DNA from: Callorhinchus milii
Lineage: Eukaryota
Length of the DNA stretch: 64,000 bases
NCBI RefSeq assembly: GCF_018977255.1
Contig: NW_024704742.1
Span: 23,438,001-23,502,000, forward strand
Direction of reading: 5' to 3'
Positions 34,181 through 49,094 of this stretch are shown in pieces. The translations under genes were made by a program, and so were the position numbers. Each line of letters starts with the position of its first letter. Positions within the stretch are counted from its first letter, which is position 1. The notes under the pieces are model-generated. The model made no database searches, was not told the origin of the DNA, and saw only the letters and a list, made by a program, of their open reading frames with translations.

Positions 34181-35850
34181 ATACCTTTTGATCTTAATTT
34201 AGAATGTAGATAAAATGTAAGATGATGAATATTTGAATGAGAAGCAATATTCATGCATGCACAATAAAGAGTGTTCGTTAACAGAGAGATATTGGGAGAG
34301 ATGCAGACCAAGATAAGAAAATATTCCAGAGAATATTTTTTGTGAGTATGGGGGAGAGAAAGAATCCACAGGGACTGGAGTCAGAGTTGAAGAGTAGAGA
34401 TGTGGAAATAGATAAATATGGAATTTGTGCTTGATCATCTTTGGGTGTGAGGAGCATCTGTCCAGAACTTTCAGCCAGGAGATAAGCATTAGTGTGGTAG
34501 AGTCCACAATAAGATAGCAAGATGTATGGAAGGAGCAGGATTAAAAAACTGAAAGGTCTTTGGCTGATCCATGGTTTATCAAATAAGAGATAAGTGCTTT
34601 ATTCTTCATATTTACAATACCTTCCACATTAAATAGGTATGGCTACTTATGGAGAGATTTCTATACAATATTTGTATATACAGTATTGTTTAATACCAAA
34701 TTCAAATTACATGCCAAACCTAAAGATTTAAGGAGTGATACATTTCCTCATATGAGCTCCTTTGGAGGTAGACGTGAAAGGTTGGGAAGGCATACGTCCT
34801 GAAGAATCTGACTGTAGACCATTTGTCTAGAACTTGCATTCGTCTACAAATAAAACGCATAATCACTACACTTTACAGTAAATCCTGTGAAGTGCTTTTA
34901 GAATGTTTAAGGTCCTATATAAAATGAAAGGATCATTAATATCATATAATAATAATGGATATAATAATAATAATACTTGCATTTATTATGTGGTCATATA
35001 ATGGGTTTTAACTGCAGTAGTGTCCTGATGATTCACAGTTTTATATTGATATCAGGCAGCAAATCTCTTCCATTTGTTAAGATCTGCTGAGCAGTAAAAC
35101 TTCAATGAAGCCATAATGGTTTAAATAACCTGCAGGGGTTATCCTTGGCACTCCTGGTCAATTTCAATAAATCAACTTGTCAACTAAAGGCTAGTGGGGC
35201 AAGTTATCAGACTACATACATATATATTTGGGAGAGAGTATCTTCCGGATTGATCATGGTTATCATCCACAGAATGCTACACTTAAAAACAGAGCTGGAT
35301 CTCAAGTGGAATACAAAAGTAAGAGAACAATGACTTCTAGGCCCAATATGGAGCAATTGGATTGACTTTTTGAGCAGCCTAAAAATAAGAAATAATACAT
35401 TTAGAAATCTGTCTGCAAAAATCTTGACAATCATACAACATGACTTGGAGAAGATTCTCAATAAAAATATAATTGGGGGGACAGAGATATCATCTCCTGA
35501 TGCACAAATCCATAAATGTACTGTTTTTTTCATTCTTCTACTAAACAAGTCTGCTGCCACTATATTCAGTTACTATGATGCTGAACTCAAAGGGAGCATT
35601 TTGTGTTTACCGCCAGCACCCTGTACTAACATCATATTTCTTCCTGCTTCTTCACAATTAGCTCTAGGGTATTATAATCCTATAACAGTCTGGATTGGCC
35701 TCAAATTCAAGGAACAAATATTTCAAGTTTAGCTAGATTGCTCTCAACTTTAACAGTAGAATTTGATTGCGCCATGGCTACTTCTTTTCAGTTGTACCAG
35801 ACCTTCTTGTTCTTTCTACCAGACAACAAGGTAATACAAGACAATCCAAA

Positions 35851-37015
35851 ATTACATTTGTAAAGTGCCTTTCATGTCGGCCGGATGTCCCAAGCCGCTG
35901 AACAGTCTGGGATTAGGACCCGAGCCGGTGGGTGGGGGGGGGGATCAGGGAGGGTGGAGGGCAGGGGTAAGTGGGTGGCCGAAGGCACGGTTGAAGAGGA
36001 GGGTCTTGAGGAGTGTCTTGAAGGAAACAGCGGAGGGAGCAAGGCGAAGGGAATGTATGGGATGGAGTTCCAGAAGGTGGGAGCGGTGAGGATGAAGGCC
36101 TAACTACTGATGGTAGGGGGGCCAGGTACGGGACATGGAGCAGGCTGGGCAGGAGCCTGCTGAGTGGAGGGAGCAGACAGGTTGATAAAGGGTTAGTAGG
36201 TCAGAGAGGTACGAGGGGCCAAGGTCATGGAGGACCTTGAAGGTAAAGACGAGAATTTTGAACTCATTCTCTGAAGGATGGAGAGCCAGTGGAGCTGGGC
36301 GAGGGTGGGTGTGATGGGGTCAACGGAGCCTCGTGTGGGAGAAGACACGAGCTGCCAAGTTCTGGATGATCTGCAGCTTGTGGAGAAGAGTTGGAAAGGC
36401 CGACAAACATAGTCAAACCTGATTGTAATGAAGACAGGTTTGGCGGCCTGTGGGGTGAGCAGTGGCAGAGTCGAGCAATGTTGGGGGAAGTCAGAGCAGG
36501 ACATGGCATGGATGTGGGGGAGAAAGGAGAGTTGAGTCAAACAAGACACCTAGGTTCCTGACTGGCTTGGTGAGGTCAATGTACTGTTGCTGCCAGTGTC
36601 TGAGCTGCGGAGGCACTGGCGTGAGCCAATCAGGAGAGCCTCGATCTTGCTGACGTTCAACTATAGAAAGTTAGCTCTCATCCAGGACTTGATGTATGAC
36701 AGACAGTCTGACAGGACATCAGTGGTCCTGGTATCGAGGGTGGAAGCAGAGAGATAGAGTTGGCTACTAGTCCCACACATGTGGAAGTTGAGCCCATGTC
36801 TGCGGATGATGTCACCAAATGGAAGCATGTACAGGTTGGAGAGGACCGAGGACAGAGCCCTGAAGAACATCACACAAGACAGTGAGGGGGCTGGAGGACA
36901 AGCCATTTGTGGCGACAAAGTGGAGCCAGTGTTAGATAGGATCTGAACCATTCAAAGACAGAACCTTGAAGGTTAAGGTGAGAGGAGCGGAGGTGGAGGA
37001 GGATAGAGTGATCAG
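35851..37015 (-). mobile_element. 5'-truncated, frameshifted L2-type LINE (RT remnant plus 3' end)
   Basis: Minus-strand pieces: VLQGSVLGPL, NLYMLPFGDIIRRHGLNFHM (the YADD is decayed), QLYLS, LSDCLSYIKSWMRANFL, PITPTLAQLHWL and FKTLLKTLLF. Confidence 0.88.
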
Positions 37016-37724
37016 ATTTTTAGTCAGATGGTTAGATTTGGCAGATTTGTAGTTTATGTTCTCAGAATATCCAAAATATTTTTTTTCTGTCAGGTTGTAT
37101 GAAAAATAGATATTGTTTAGTTCTTTGGTTCTCATTCAGGGGGAAATTAGCTAACTCACGATAGCAAATGTAGACTTTGGCTTTCTCTGTTTTGAGAGTT
37201 TATAAGAGGCCTGAACTCTGGCTTATCTCTTTTCCCTCCAAGGTGTTCAGACCATTTCTTAAATGCTGCCTTACAAATGGGAACAGACCTACTCGTCAAT
37301 TTGTGGCTATTTAGTGTAAAAATATAATCAAAATCAAATATCCATTGTATTTGAGAAGGAAACAGAACCCCCAAATAACTTTGGAATCATTCATTTGTGA
37401 CAATCTGAACTCATTAATTTAGAATGTTTATTAGTCACGTCCTACTGAGCTCTTCTGACTTTGGGAGTCAAGATATGATATGTTTATCAAAGGTATCTGA
37501 TTTCACTGGGCTTTTGGTCTCCCCCCACCACCAGCAGCTCCTATCCCCAGCTCAGGTGGCAAACTGTCAAGTGTCTTGGGACATTATCCTGACGCAAAAG
37601 GCATTATATACATGTAAATTGTATTGTATCCTGTGGACTATGATCATCAGGAAGTCAAGCTGCAAGTTAACAGGTTAGAAAACTTATTTTATTTGTAGAA
37701 TTCAATGGTATGCACTCAAACAAT

Positions 37725-37995
37725 AATATTCTTTATATAGATATTGCACCTTTCACTTTGGGAAGGTGCCTCAAATGCTTCACAGGATTTACTGTAGAGT
37801 CTATTTGTATTTTACTGCATTTCTTTATTTTGTAGGCAAATGCCAGCGGTCAATTTGCAGACAACAATGTCCCACAAACCGCCATGAAGTGGATAACCAT
37901 TTGTTTTCTCTGGGGGACTGTTGATTAGGACACTGGAAGAAATTTTCAAATGGTGCCATGGGATCTTTAATGTCCACCTGAACAGACAGAAAGCC
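37725..37995 (-). mobile_element. Deu-domain SINE 3' half
   Basis: Shares tttgtaggcaaatg..caatttgc..caatgtcccacaaac and gtgccatgggatctttaatgtccacctga with the 26437 and 40352 copies. Confidence 0.7.
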
Positions 37996-38104
37996 TTTGG
38001 ATAATCTTCCTTGCAAGGAACACAAATGTTAATGAGGTATAATTGAATCGTGAAAGAAGCTCTCTTAAAATGATGTCCTGGGTGCCCTTGGCTCTACAGT
38101 AGTT

Positions 38105-38315
38105 TACAACAACAACTTGCACTTATAGAGCGCCCTCCACGCAGGGTAGCATCTCAGAGCACTTAACAATGGCGGAGCCTGATTCCGAGCCGGGGGGAGG
38201 GGAGATTTGGCCCTAAGCACGGTTGAACAGGAAAGTCTTCAGGCAGGACTTGAAAGAGGAGAGAGAGGGAGCAAGGTGGAGGGATTGAGCGAGAGTGTTC
38301 CAGAGTTTTGGGGCA
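38105..38315 (-). mobile_element. L2-type LINE 3' tail
   Basis: acaacaacaacttgcacttatagagcgcc tail and a FKSCLKTFLF-like minus-strand frame. Similar to 26087-26325. Confidence 0.65.
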
Positions 38316-40014
38316 TAATTTAAAGGACTTGTTGAGTCAACCTCAGCTCCAAGAACATTAATCCAAAATTATGGATTAAACATGCACATCTACAAGATCC
38401 ATAAAAAGGTGTTCCTACAAAGCAATTTGATCATATTTTATTGACGTACACCAAATTCCTAAGCATCACAGACCATTGTGTTCTTAATAAGAGCAATAAC
38501 TAAAAGGGCTTTGTGAGCCATATTCCTTATGTGTTTTATTACCAGATGAATTCTGTACAGTGTGTCTAGTTCAGTAATGATGCATTTTTATGAAGAAAAA
38601 AGCTGAATAAATTGCAAAGAATATTATATCCCAGTAGACTTCTATATAGAAACACTGAAGAAGCATTGACAACGAAAGACATTGTAACCTCTGACTTTGC
38701 AATAGTGTCCTCTTCATCTCCCAAGTGTGTTTTTAGAGTTCTAAGAACAGAACTATTGCGGATATTATTGATAAACCAAGATGTATTGAGTCATCACTGA
38801 TTAAAGGGCCTGAATTAGACCAGCTCCTTCAGAAGGATAGTTTTGGTGAGTTGTTTAAGGCATTTGGCCATCTTAGCAATGTCAATCTTTGCATTGCATT
38901 TGGCAATGGCCACAAGAAAATCCTGGAAGTTGCTGCAATCTTTAACACAGGGTCCATCAGCATCTAATGATTCAAGCTTCATGTACAGATAAAATGATGT
39001 TTAAAGTTAACACTTCCAGTTTCAGGGCAAATAAATGTTCCTGGTGGATGTGTGAACATCAACTTTTGTTGAGAAGTGAATAATGATTACAATACTCCAA
39101 ATAAACATCAGTTTCATGATTGCTTCTTTTATTACCTAATTCTACAATGGTCAACACCCCTAAAAACATGGGTTCCTTTGGTGTCCTGCTGAATTTTTGC
39201 AAGAGTTTTGAAATGTTGAATTTTGAAGAGGAGCTATTGACCTCTCCTCATGGCAATGGCTAATAAAATCTCAAAGTAACACGACTCTCAGTGGCAATAA
39301 GGTTAGAAAATACCAGCAAATAAATATTCAGAAATGTTACTTGTGATTAAAACAAAAGTATTAAACAGAACAATCATGCTAAATTCAAACAAAAAATATC
39401 AACCCCACAGGCTGAAATTATAAGGTGATGATATTTTTCACACAAAAGCTGAGTTAACACAATTGATGCACGTGATTCTTGGGAAGTGGGGAGGAAAGAA
39501 AAGAAGCATTAAAGACATTTAACTGTTGGATATTGGATACAAGAATGAACAAGACGAATGGTTGGATTCTGGTTATAAAATTCTTAAAAGAATCAAGTAG
39601 CTCCTCGTGATTTCCCTCTTGGCATGTTGAATTCCCTACATTAAACAAAGATGATAAACAAAGAATGCCTTACAATGTAATGAATTTGGAAACTTTCCAT
39701 CTCATTGCAGTATTAAAACTAATAGTAACTGCTTATTCTGTACAATACAGAATAACTACCAGTAGAGGGCTGTCCGCCATATATCTTGCTTAATTGCATA
39801 ATTCTTTTACTTGTATAATATTTTCTGACCTGGAATTTATGGCATTAGGTTCCATAATTTAGTGCCATAAATTCCATTAATTTGTTGACGGAACAAAGAG
39901 ATGTGTACATATAGAGTAAACTGTATTTGATATGATGAGTGTACTTTAGATTAAGATTATTCTGATATAGAATAGACCAGACAAAATCGTAAAAACACTA
40001 ATTTCATTGATCAG

Positions 40015-40220
40015 AGAGGAATGTCTCAACAAATGGCTGTTGTTAAAGTGGAGTCCCTAACAAGATTTAAAAAGGAATTGAATAATTAAATGAGGAAAAT
40101 AATTTGAGCCACAGAGAAAGAGCCGCGGAATGGAAATAGAGCAGCTACCTCCAGTGGGGGCAAACACCAGCACAGACAAGATGCATTGAATGGCCTTCTG
40201 TTCTGCAAACCTTCTCTGAC
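40015..40220 (+). mobile_element. CR1-type LINE 3' fragment
   Basis: ESLTRFKKELN-like C-terminus followed by a gaatggcct..tctg 3'UTR motif. Confidence 0.5.
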
Positions 40221-40351
40221 TATAAGCATCTGTCAATCACTGAGGAAAGGATGACCAAACCACACAAACATGTCCCAAAATATATAGTTTGTGTTCAAAT
40301 CTCCTCATACTGATAGCCTGTGAAATTGTGTCTAATACTCATTATAACACT

Positions 40352-40760
40352 GCTTGCAGTTGATATAGAGCCTTTCATGTCGGGAGGATGCCTCAAAGCA
40401 CTTCAAAGGATTTATAGTCAAATGCAGTAACTGTGTATTTTATAAGCAAATCCAGCAGGCAATTTGTGCACAGCAATGTCTCACAAGCAGCCATGAAGTG
40501 AATGAATAATTTAATCTGGGGAATTGTTGATCAGGACACCGGGAGAATCTTCTCTTCTCTTTTCAAATAGTGCCAAGGGATCCTTAATGTCTGCTTAAAC
40601 AGGCAGATAGGATCTCAGTTTAATGTCTAATCCGAAGGATGGCACCTTCAGCACTGCATTGGAGTGCCAACCTAGACTGTGAGTTCAAAGTCCTGACATG
40701 GGGCTTGAACCCACAACCGTCTGACTGAGAAACATGAGGGATAGGAGAGAGCCAGGCTGA
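40352..40760 (-). mobile_element. Near full-length Deu-domain SINE (SacSINE1-like)
   Basis: Collinear with 26437-26865, including gggcttgaacccacaacc and gagccaggctga. Confidence 0.75.
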
Positions 40761-43700
40761 TATTCAATAGGAAATAATTCTGGGACAGTGCCATATTAAA
40801 AGCCCCAGATTGCTAACTTCTTTAACAAACCTAATTGTTATCTTTACCTTGACTATAATGTCAGTACTATCATTTCAATTGGATTTGTTGAATTACAACT
40901 AGACACTTGATGATTGCACTCTCTGCAGATTGTAGATTCTATTATTTTTCCCATGTCCTCTGGACCCTTTCACTATCCCATCCTCTAAGCTTATGGCAGA
41001 GATTGTACGCTTTAGCCAAAAGACAATTCTCTACCTCTTTTGTTCAATTAGGTTATGAGCCCGCTGCAAATATATCCGTATAAAACCAAACCACAGGGCA
41101 TCTGAAATTCCTGACTTACTTCTGGAATGAATTGATTGTCTGGGCCCATTCATTATATATCAATATACATTGCCTACACTTCCAAGACATTTATGATAAT
41201 TTCAGGCACTACATTTCCACAAAATGGGGCATGTATGCACAAAGACAATCTAGCCCAAAGTGTTTAAATTCTCACAGGTATTAAGATGAAAAGGTCTTTG
41301 GAATAGAGGTAAGGGCATAAAACAGGTTCTTCTATCTCTAATCCAGCCAGACAATCTCATTCCTCCCCAGGTTGACCCATCTTGCTCAGCATCGTAATTT
41401 AAAAACCCAATCATTTAACCTGAGCTCTGACAATCCAAGACCTCCCCTGGCCTTATCCCTTGGCAATTTAACCAGACTAATTCTCAGCTTACACTTCCCA
41501 TAAAAAATATGGAACATCTTTTTTCTAATCTTAAACCAGTTGGCTTCAGCCACTGACTCATGGAGAATATTTATTTCATCCAGGGCATCACATTAAGAAC
41601 ATTCATTTTCTCTTGGACATAAAGGTTCAGTAGTTTCCACCTATCAAATTCCCTCCAAATACTTTGTCACTTATTTAATTTGATGCTAATTTTGAAACAA
41701 ACTTGATACTGAAAAGGATAAGAACTAGAAACCAACAGAACATTTCTATTTATAGCACTTCTTTCTCTTATGCATTTCCCTCCATATAATCCGTTTGATC
41801 CATAAGTCGCTATATCCATTTCTTCTACATCAATACTGTATTTCAGTGATTGTATTTGCCTTTCATTTTCAACTATAATTTTTAATCTAAATTATAAAGC
41901 ATGCAAGGAAAATTCTTGAACATTTAGTGCAGTGATGTAGTGATCAAGCATGTGTAATAAAGTAAGTGATTTTTGCACTCCATACATAACTCAGTTCGGA
42001 CTGGTTACTCATTGCACAGTGTCTGGAATTTTCAATAGCTCTGCATAATGTCACTATCTCAGACTCACCATTCTTATAGATTTCCTTGCGATACAAATAA
42101 CCAGGTATGCAATAAAACAACAGGTGCCTGCTCAAACTAATGAAAAGCTCAGCCTCCAGTAAATTACCTCATGTTCCAAGCTTACTCTTCTCCCTCATTG
42201 TAGGGGCTACTCTCACAAGCAATCTCTGCAATATATTGCTGCTACGATGATTACTATAGTTCACTTGAAGAACACAGTCAGGCGTGAGCCATTAATGTTA
42301 TCTGCAACAATGCAAGGGGCACATATCAGTAAACCCATTCCACTTACATTTGCACTGATTTTTTTTGCTCCAGTTTTAACAATGTTATTGGAGAGCATTT
42401 CATCTGAGCAGTCACCAATGCTTTCTCTCCTTTGTTGCAGTGAACAAGCAGGTGGTGTTATAATGCCACAATATTCCAGTGTCATGCATCAGGGTTTGTT
42501 AAAGATCGAATATGACTGGTAGCCCAAACTTGCAAATTAATTTTTTTCCTGAAGTTATTTCATTACTTCCTGCAATATAAGTAATAAGTATGTAGATGAT
42601 CTGAGCAGGCATACACATCTCAATCAGTTACTATATTGTTGCTCGACTCTGAGGCACAATGGTAATTATAGCATTGTCCAAAAGTTGCAACAGGTTCAAG
42701 GCTTCCATTTAAACTTTTAAATTGAATACATAAAACTCTCCTTGACACGAGCAACGGACAAATCTGTTAGGAATAATCAGTCTCAGTGGGAATAAAAATC
42801 AGAACAATGTTCAGGTCTTGTACCAAGCCTTATTGCTGTAATCTTTTGAAATACATGTATAATGTTTTTGATTGCACATGTTGGCATGTTGAATGAAAAC
42901 TACAAATATGAAGATGTACAAGTATTAATAATTGACAATTCTTACATTAATGTGTTATTCCCATTGTCTACATGTACAAGTACAAACTGGTAAAGCAATG
43001 AGCATGATTGTGTTTGTCCATCTAAATGTATGCTGCTAACAGGAGCAGTACATTATATCAAAACCCCTTTGGCAGAAGCAGCCCAGCTGTGCACTCTACC
43101 TATTTGGTTCTACTCTGGTCTCTAAGGATCCCCAGATTTGGTACAGTTATTGCTTTTAGATCACATTCTTATTGACTAATGTCAGCCTGGTCATTCATCT
43201 CGAGGACAGATGTCACAATTGCAGTGCTATCTTGTGACATATTGTGGACATTTTCTTCTGGAAGTACCTCTTTAAGGCAGGGTGCAATAGGTTAAGCTTC
43301 TAGACAGAATCAAAAATACAACTGATTGCACCATTCTATTTATTTTGTAGGAATTACTTTCAAAAGTTTAAAGTAGGAGCCACAGGAGCAATCAATATAC
43401 TGAAAGCCAGTAACAGACATTATCCTGAAACATTAGTAAAGAGGTGATCCTTGTGAATCGAGGTTGGCAATATTTTAGTTTCTCACAATTACTTTGAGAA
43501 AGTTTCACATTCAGTGGGCCTACCATTGTATTTTAAATAGTCAGGTATTTGACCTTCAACATGTCATTTTAATTGATAAGATTTAACCAGTAAGAACTGA
43601 ATTCAGCGCAAGTGATCTTCCAACATGATACCTTTTCAAAAACTCAGCATATCCAAACACACTTATAGCTAATGTTCTGCAATAGTATTTTATAGCTTTC

Positions 43701-44624
43701 ATTTTGCCTCACTTTTACCAGCGAATCAATGCTTGTTAATTAGTTTTCACTGCAGTTAAAAATGACCAAGTGCACGATCAAGTCAAATACATTTGTTTCC
43801 ATAGGAGGAGCGATCAATGTGTACCTCATTAACTTGTAGCACCAGCCCAAGAATCATTACAATCCACAGTAGTTTAGGAAAAGATTGGGTGGGGAAGAGA
43901 ACAAAGCAACATAAATGAATTTTATTCCATTTTCCAAAATGTTCCAAAAGAAGATTAGATAGCTGAGTGTCCCTTTTTGATTTTCAAATTAGGATCTACC
44001 TTTTCAAATTAGGATCTATCTTCTTTTTCCATTCATTTTTGTATTATCTTTAAACTAAAGAAAATGCTCAGGTCAGCAAATAATTATTAGATTAGAGTTC
44101 GGATTTTATTTCAGTTTCTTTGCAGTTTCTAATCAAAATGTTTTCTATTTTGTTTTAATCTAATTTGTCCTATTTGTGCAATTCAATATTGTTGATTTAC
44201 ATCTCTGCCTATGTTAAACTATATGTAAAGCTTTTGTGCAAAATTGTGCAGTGAAGAGTTATTTTACACTCATCTGGGCACAAGCATTAATAGTCTTGGA
44301 AATTTTTGACGATGGAGATTTTGAAGATGGATGAATAAAACATTGTTTCTGAATTGCATCTTTTCTGTTTTATCTAGTTTAGTGTACAGCTAACGGAATG
44401 ATGACAGAAAAAGCAAAACGTATTCATGCGTGGAAAAGTCTTATATGATGAGATACTGCTAAATTATTGAACACGTAACAGTGTGCACTTTAATCAGGGT
44501 TATTCAAAGTGCACCCGTGTGTTGTGGCACAATTTAAATTGCTTTACAAATGTAGCTCTAATTTGGGTTATTGTGTACCTGCTCTGCTGCCAGTAAGCAT
44601 GAACCAATTTTCTACAAAACTAAC

Positions 44625-44749
44625 CGTGCTCAATGGCTGCTTTTAGTGTAGCTTCAGGATGTGTTGATCCAAATGAGTTGCGAACGAAACGTCGGCGGCG
44701 CCGCAAGTCATCTTCCCAGTAGTCAAGGCGCCAGAACTCACGAGGACGA
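44625..44749 (-). CDS. LRBA: LRBA internal coding exon, 125 nt: (S)[41 protein letters not shown](G)
   Basis: Translated by hand; absent from the ORF track. Acceptor tttcattgcag, donor G|gttagt, phase 2 to phase 1. [20 protein letters not shown] is the LRBA/NBEA signature, and RP.EFW and STHPEATLK are LRBA-like. The final G plus GT of the next exon makes Gly. Confidence 0.95.
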
Positions 44750-47700
44750 CTGCAATGAAACAGAGGCACCACATATGTTAGCAATTATCAAACAGCATGG
44801 TAGCCCATAAGTAAGGAATAAAGATCTCCTTGTTTTCTTGGCCGTTTTGCAGTCTGAAACCTTTAAGTTAGGTTTGTCCTTGAAAATAACAATATCACCT
44901 TCCAGACTAAGAAACCCCTTTCCCTTTTTTCTTGGAAGGTGAAATGAGCACTAAATACATCATTTTGAAATGAATTGCTGACAGTGTGATCAGTTTCCCC
45001 ACACTCTCGTGGCATGTGCTCTGATTTCAGCCTCATTTCAGCCTCAGCAGGACACCTTTAGCTGTGACTGCGTTTATAAACCAGAATAGGGAAAAGGCCA
45101 TTATAAATATGGTATAGCATTACCTATATTAATCAAAGTCTACCCCTTCATCATTTTTCTTCCCAATTTGTGTGTTTTCACACAGGGTCAGTAAATCATA
45201 CCTTGCATTCTCAGTCCAGAAAGTGTTAACTTTAATGAACACCACTGTTACGCGGGTACATGAGAGATAATAAAATATTACTCTATTTAGACGTGCAGAA
45301 ATTTAATTAAAATAATCTCTTAAAATATTCATTACATTTAGCCCCTGAGGCACAGAGTAATGCCAAGAAAATGCATTTCCTCTCCTTTAGTGATTTTTTT
45401 TAAGGAACCTATTCCTGCAGAAAGACAAGGTAATACATTTAAAACAGATGACATTTATTTTTTCCAACATTACTTTAGGAGGCAAAATGTCAAGCACACC
45501 TAATTTTAATCAGCAAAATACAATAAAAAGGTAATGCTAATCTTTTTATCTGTTCATGTCAAATTGAAAGAAGGCTCTACTATGTAGGACAAAGAAACCT
45601 CCACTTTCATTTACAGTAACTTTGTAGTTTTCAAAAAAGAACAGCACACTTAAGAATTGCTAAAGATAAGATACATAAATTTTATTCAGTGGAGCGTAAC
45701 GTTTCTAAGTCAATATTATATGATCAGATTTCCTTGTTTTACTTCATTTTAAGTCAGTGGACGTTTACAAGCAGCATTTTATAAGTGCACAGAAGATGCA
45801 CTACATTACAGATGAAAGAACAATATTATTAAAACAATATTTCAACCACCAAGTTTTATATGTTATTTGCCGTAGACAGCAAGAATACACAAGCGTACCA
45901 CAGGGAGAGTGGAGAGTGATTTCTAATACTACAGAAGGTGCCTCTAGTGCAAAACAATTCACTTAGGAACTACAATCTGAATAAGCACTAGAATTCAATA
46001 AAAAGTGGATAATTCTATTTGTATGTCAGTATATTATTCACATTACACAGCAGCATGTGAATTTATGTCTACAGCTTCATCAAAATAATTAAGCTATTAT
46101 ATCATACATTAATTCACTAATATGTGCTTCAAAATCTGTTTCATATTGTACATTTTCTTGAAGTTAATCATTAACTTTTCATGAACAAATGTGTGTACAT
46201 CCTGTCCTCTATATCTATGCAACAGACAATATTGAAATAAAAAGAAATTAAAATGCATTTCACTGAAATCTCTTCCTGTTTTTGTTTAAAAAAAACCTAA
46301 AAGACATCAGTGACCTAAAATACTTTCAGTTCTTCATTATATTAAAAACTATTCTCGAAAAAACAGTGTGCGGGGTCTATTCCTTCATTTCTAGATTTTA
46401 GTCACATACCACAGCCTGTTATGTGTTTGGCTGCGATAGCTGCAGTGCCCAAATAGGCACTTCATCATCCTGGCTTCCAACATTCATCTATTAAAATTAT
46501 TATCAAATATCTACCGAGATCCAGGCGTGAATCATAGACTGCACCCAGTCTTCTGGGGAAAGATACAATGAAGGTCTATTCATCAGTATGGCAATCGGTA
46601 GAAGTAATTAGTTCCCAAGACCTAGATTTCTTACAAAGCTTATTTCACACAGTGAAACAACATATGATAGTGAAAAGCTAATGAAAGCCTGTAAAATGTG
46701 TTAACCTCTCTAGCAATCAATCCTCTGTTACTTTGTGTGCTAAATATTTTTTTAAAGCCAATAAATTATTAATTTCTCATCCATCCTTGACAGTTTTTGA
46801 CAGAATTATGTGATGCCATTCTTCAAGATAACAACAATTAAAATTACAAAAGGAACCTGCAGTGTTCATTTATGCACTCTGTGTGTAATTAGTTCTCCCA
46901 CAACAAGATGCTCCACTCAAGAGTAATCTTGACAGAAAGCGCATGTTGTCCATTTGCTTCCTCATCATATAATCCCTCCAATTTCTGGATAACTACACAT
47001 TTTAAATTACTCCATGTAAATTGATCCACGTGCATAACGGACTCAAATCTGCTAGTTTTTATTTTATCAGTAAAAATCACGTTCTACTATAAATATCAAC
47101 CACTTGTCTGCTTGGAAGCCAGTAATGAAAACAGCAACAATTCTGCTCTGTGTTATATACAGCATTCCATGCTCATCTCCACCTTTGTGCAAGACACAGC
47201 TTTATAAATGTATGTAATTTACCACTGATTGATAGTGGTCATTAGCTAGATATCAACGCCTGATCCAATACGCTACACAACAAGATATTCTAGAAAGCAA
47301 GGTTGGTTAAGACATAAAGGAATGCTGAAATTATACAAGATTAGTCTGAAGAAAAACGATGAAAATACTCATAAGAAAACAGATATTTTATGTATAGCTT
47401 ATATTTGCTTTATGTTAGAAGCTCTGTACAATTGTGTATATCCCAATCAATATTCATCACTAACACACCCAGCAACTAGATCAGAAATGAACAGTATACA
47501 AAAAATCTTTCAAATCAGTACTGATTTAAATCTTGTCAAGCAAATGTGTGCTCAAGTAAGAAACAAACTAGCCATGAAATGGATATGTTTTTGCAACTAT
47601 AAAAAACACGATCAAGTTATTCTCCTAACATTTAAAAGGGCATTAGTTCATGTTTAGTTATCAATAGGCCTTAGAATGACACGTTTATGAAAACTGCCGC

Positions 47701-49094
47701 TACCTTGCAGCAAGTGGTTCTGTATAATTTCAGCTCAAACATGAAAGCTGAAAATAGAATATACAAAATTGCTTTGCTATAATATTAACTGAAACAACTA
47801 AATAGAAGCTAAAATACAATGTGTTCCGTATTCACCCTGTAATCTTTGCCTCTCTTCCCTGCCTTCTCTGTCTTAATTTTAAATTTAATATAATTTTTCC
47901 CTCATCTGTTATGTACAATCGTTTGTAACATTCTTTAAATCTATTAATTTTACACGTCCATTTTCACCAAGCATTTTGGAGATTAGAACAAACATTTGAA
48001 AATGACTCAGATTGCCTGAAAACGGGTGTTAAAGGCTGTTTCCAGCTAATGACATTATGATTTAAAAATCAACCAAACTGGAAAACAGAACTCGCCAACA
48101 GAGACAAACTGAAGAAACATACCAAACAATGATCAAAGTGTTCTAGCAATAATTCAGTTTAAATGTATCTGATATAAAGTGGAAAGCTTGGTGCCTTGAA
48201 TTAACGCAATCACTTTTTAATCAAAGCATCAATCATAATCAAGTCTGCTGGTTAAATAACATGATTCCTAATTTGGAATTAAAGCCATCCAAAATATAAA
48301 AAATATATTCAAAAAGTACAGTTGAGGTGCCCAAGTTAAATGCACCATTTGGTTGGATTCCGAGACATACAAACTAGCAGGGTCTATTAGACAAGTTTTG
48401 GCCAATTCGAGATGAGATAGTGGTAAGGGAGCTATAGATTGAAGAAAAAGGCAATGAGGTTCACTCTTCATCCACATCAACTGATTCCCACTGGAACATG
48501 TACATTAAGATAAAATTAGGTCAAGATTTAGCACAAATGCAACGTCCCGCAAAGTTCAATTGTCTTCTGACAAATTATCCATTCTCTCAAATGAAGAACA
48601 GCCACTTGGACAAGACACTGGAGTGAAAGAACAGGAGAAATGTTGAGTGGACTAGGGCACAAGGTAAAAGTACTGATGATACATTCTATATTTCTACTGT
48701 GGTATGATGGGTTGCACTAATTGTTAGCAGATGTAAGAGAAAACAAGCTCCAACTCCAGACATTAAAAATAATGCTTGGTCATCATTTTGGAATAAATTG
48801 CAGGAATTACAGTCCAGTTACTCGGTTTACAATTATTCAAGCAAAATAATTTGTGGGTTCATATAGCTTTAATAATGAATTACTGAGGTTTAAGTGAGAC
48901 AAAATGCACCTACGTTAGAAAACTGGTTATCAGTAATCATCTGCATGTCTATTTAAGTTGGATATTGGGCTGTAAAACTAGCAAAAATAATCCAATTATG
49001 CACAACACACATGCAAAGTTCTGTGCAAACAGAAATAAATGCACAACCAAGGTTTCTTGACAGAGCAACGGTACTTTTCTATATTTAGAGATAG

